A stretch of 64,000 bases of DNA, taken from Schmidtea polychroa. Lineage: Eukaryota. Both the position numbers and the translations under genes were made by a program. Below the pieces are notes generated by a model. The model was not told the DNA's origin. It searched no databases and worked only from the letters and a program-made list of their open reading frames with translations. Of this stretch, positions 62,346-64,000 are shown piece after piece. The stretch is from NCBI GenBank assembly GCA_044892525.1, contig CM097888.1:78616001-78680000 (forward strand), given 5' to 3'. Every line of letters starts with the position of its first letter. The stretch's first letter is position 1.

Positions 62346-64000
62346 TCATTCTTCACTGCGAATCTGTAATGATAAAGGGTTACAAAAATTTTTAAGGATG
62401 GAAATATTAAAACTTACTGATGTCGCCGATATAGAAATTTTGGTTCCAGGTCCAGAACTTGCTCCTCGACTAACGGAAACCGAACTTCTATTCTTTGCTC
62501 TTAGTTTTTGTAAAGCTTGTTCAGCTTGATCTGCTCGCTCTTCTGAATCTTCAATCTCTTGTTGAATTTTACGATATTTTGCTAGATTCACAGCAGCGAT
62601 TTCTTCGGCTTCTTCTACTTGTCGTTTATAAGTTTTTATTTTTGCTTGTAAACTTTCAATAAGTTGTTGCATTCGGTCTTGATTCTTTTTATCCTCATCG
62701 GTCTTATGTAGATTTGCAGTAATAAATGTATCCAATTATTTAGTAGAAATTACCTGATAAGAAATTTCTTTCAATCGCCTATCTGACTTTCTGGCATTCT
62801 TTTGAGTTTCAACATGACGTTTTTGTTCACCATCAAGTTCGCCTTCTAATTCCCTTATTCTTTGTTCTAATTTACTCAAAGCTTTTTTGCCTCCTTTAAG
62901 TACATTTGCTTCTGCCTCATCAAGTTTTGATTGCAATTCTTTCAACTATAACATGTTTAATATCAAAAGTAACAAGTTAAATAAATTGCCTGGCTCTCTA
63001 AATTCTTTCTTGCTTTCTCCGCTTGTTGAGCATGTTCTTGTTCTTGTTTTATTTCATCAAAAAGTCGAGTATTATCAAATATTGCTTTCTTCAATTGTTC
63101 ATTAGCTTGTCTAGCTGCATTTGTAGATTCTTCTAAGTCAGCCTAAAATTTGATAATTCAGTAACGCAAAAACAGGGAATAAAGATTACTTGCATTGCTG
63201 CTAAATCTGCTTCCATTTTTCTTTTAGTTGCCATGAATGAGGAATTTTGAATTGAAAACTCGTTTAGTTTATCAATGGCTTCATTCTTTTCAGCTTCTGC
63301 GACTTTTCTATTTTTTTCAGCATGATCACACATATTTTTCATTTCTTCTAGTTCTCCATGCATCATACCTAGTTTTCTTTCTGTTAATGCAAGTTGTTCA
63401 CTAACTTGCTCTCGCTGATGATGTTGCTCTTCAACCTATTAAAAATAATATTATCTATTTTAAGAATCACTAAGCAAATAATTAATTATTACTTGAACTT
63501 GCATTTCTGCTAATTGTTGTTGATATTTCTTTGCATTTTTCTCTTGGTCAGATTTCAGTCTATTAGCTGTATCTAATCCAACTTCAAGTTCATTAATATC
63601 ATGTTCCAGTTTCTTTTTCATTTTCATTGCTTCAGTTCGCCCCCTAACTTCAGCTTCAAGAGATGCTTGCATGGATTCAAGTGTTCGTTGATGATTTTTT
63701 CGTGTACCATCAAATTCTTCTTCTTTTTCTGCAAGCCTTCTTTCGGCTTCTTGGCGGGCCTAAAATTATTTTTTTACATTTTTTCTTTCAAAACACAAGT
63801 GGTTAAAATTTACTTGACTTATTTCCAACTGAGCTCTTTGGCTTTTGGCTTCTTCTTGTTCTAAAGCTGATTCAGCTTCTTCTAAGGCATGTTGTAATTC
63901 ATCTCTTTCAATTTCAATTCTTTTTCGGGCCTTCTCAATTTCATGAACGTTTCGTCCTCCTTCTCCCAATTGCTCAGTTAAGTCATGAATTTCATCTGTA
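62346..64000 (-). CDS. Mhc: Muscle myosin II heavy chain, C-terminal rod and tailpiece exons; the gene continues beyond the window
   Basis: [66 protein letters not shown]; ~50-nt GT-AG introns. Confidence 0.95.

Overview
AT-rich eukaryotic (animal) genomic DNA with four assembly gaps and bimodal introns (43-60 nt or several kb). Host genes: 5' exons of Dopey (-), an 18-kb TBC1D22 gene (-), two diverged tandem RBM25 paralogs (+), an Ig-domain single-pass membrane gene (+) and the 3' end of a muscle myosin heavy chain (-). The myosin tail looks lophotrochozoan; with the tiny introns this suggests a compact-genome invertebrate such as an orthonectid (inference only). Mobile DNA is dense: a TTAA-flanked piggyBac, a truncated Polinton/Maverick, decayed Ty3/Gypsy and LINE fragments, and several hAT, piggyBac and fold-back MITEs. 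Two RNA-level signals stand out. (1) Three type I hammerhead ribozymes with a palindromic mini stem III and covarying stem I, all antisense inside TBC1D22 introns. (2) A family of four diverged ~140-235 nt repeats (28976-29112 -, 41152-41385 +, 41969-42170 +, 60788-61018 +) that keep a multi-domain secondary structure by compensatory changes, lie downstream of orphan ORF remnants, and match no RNA class I recognise. All structures and alignments were made by eye; nothing was computed or searched.
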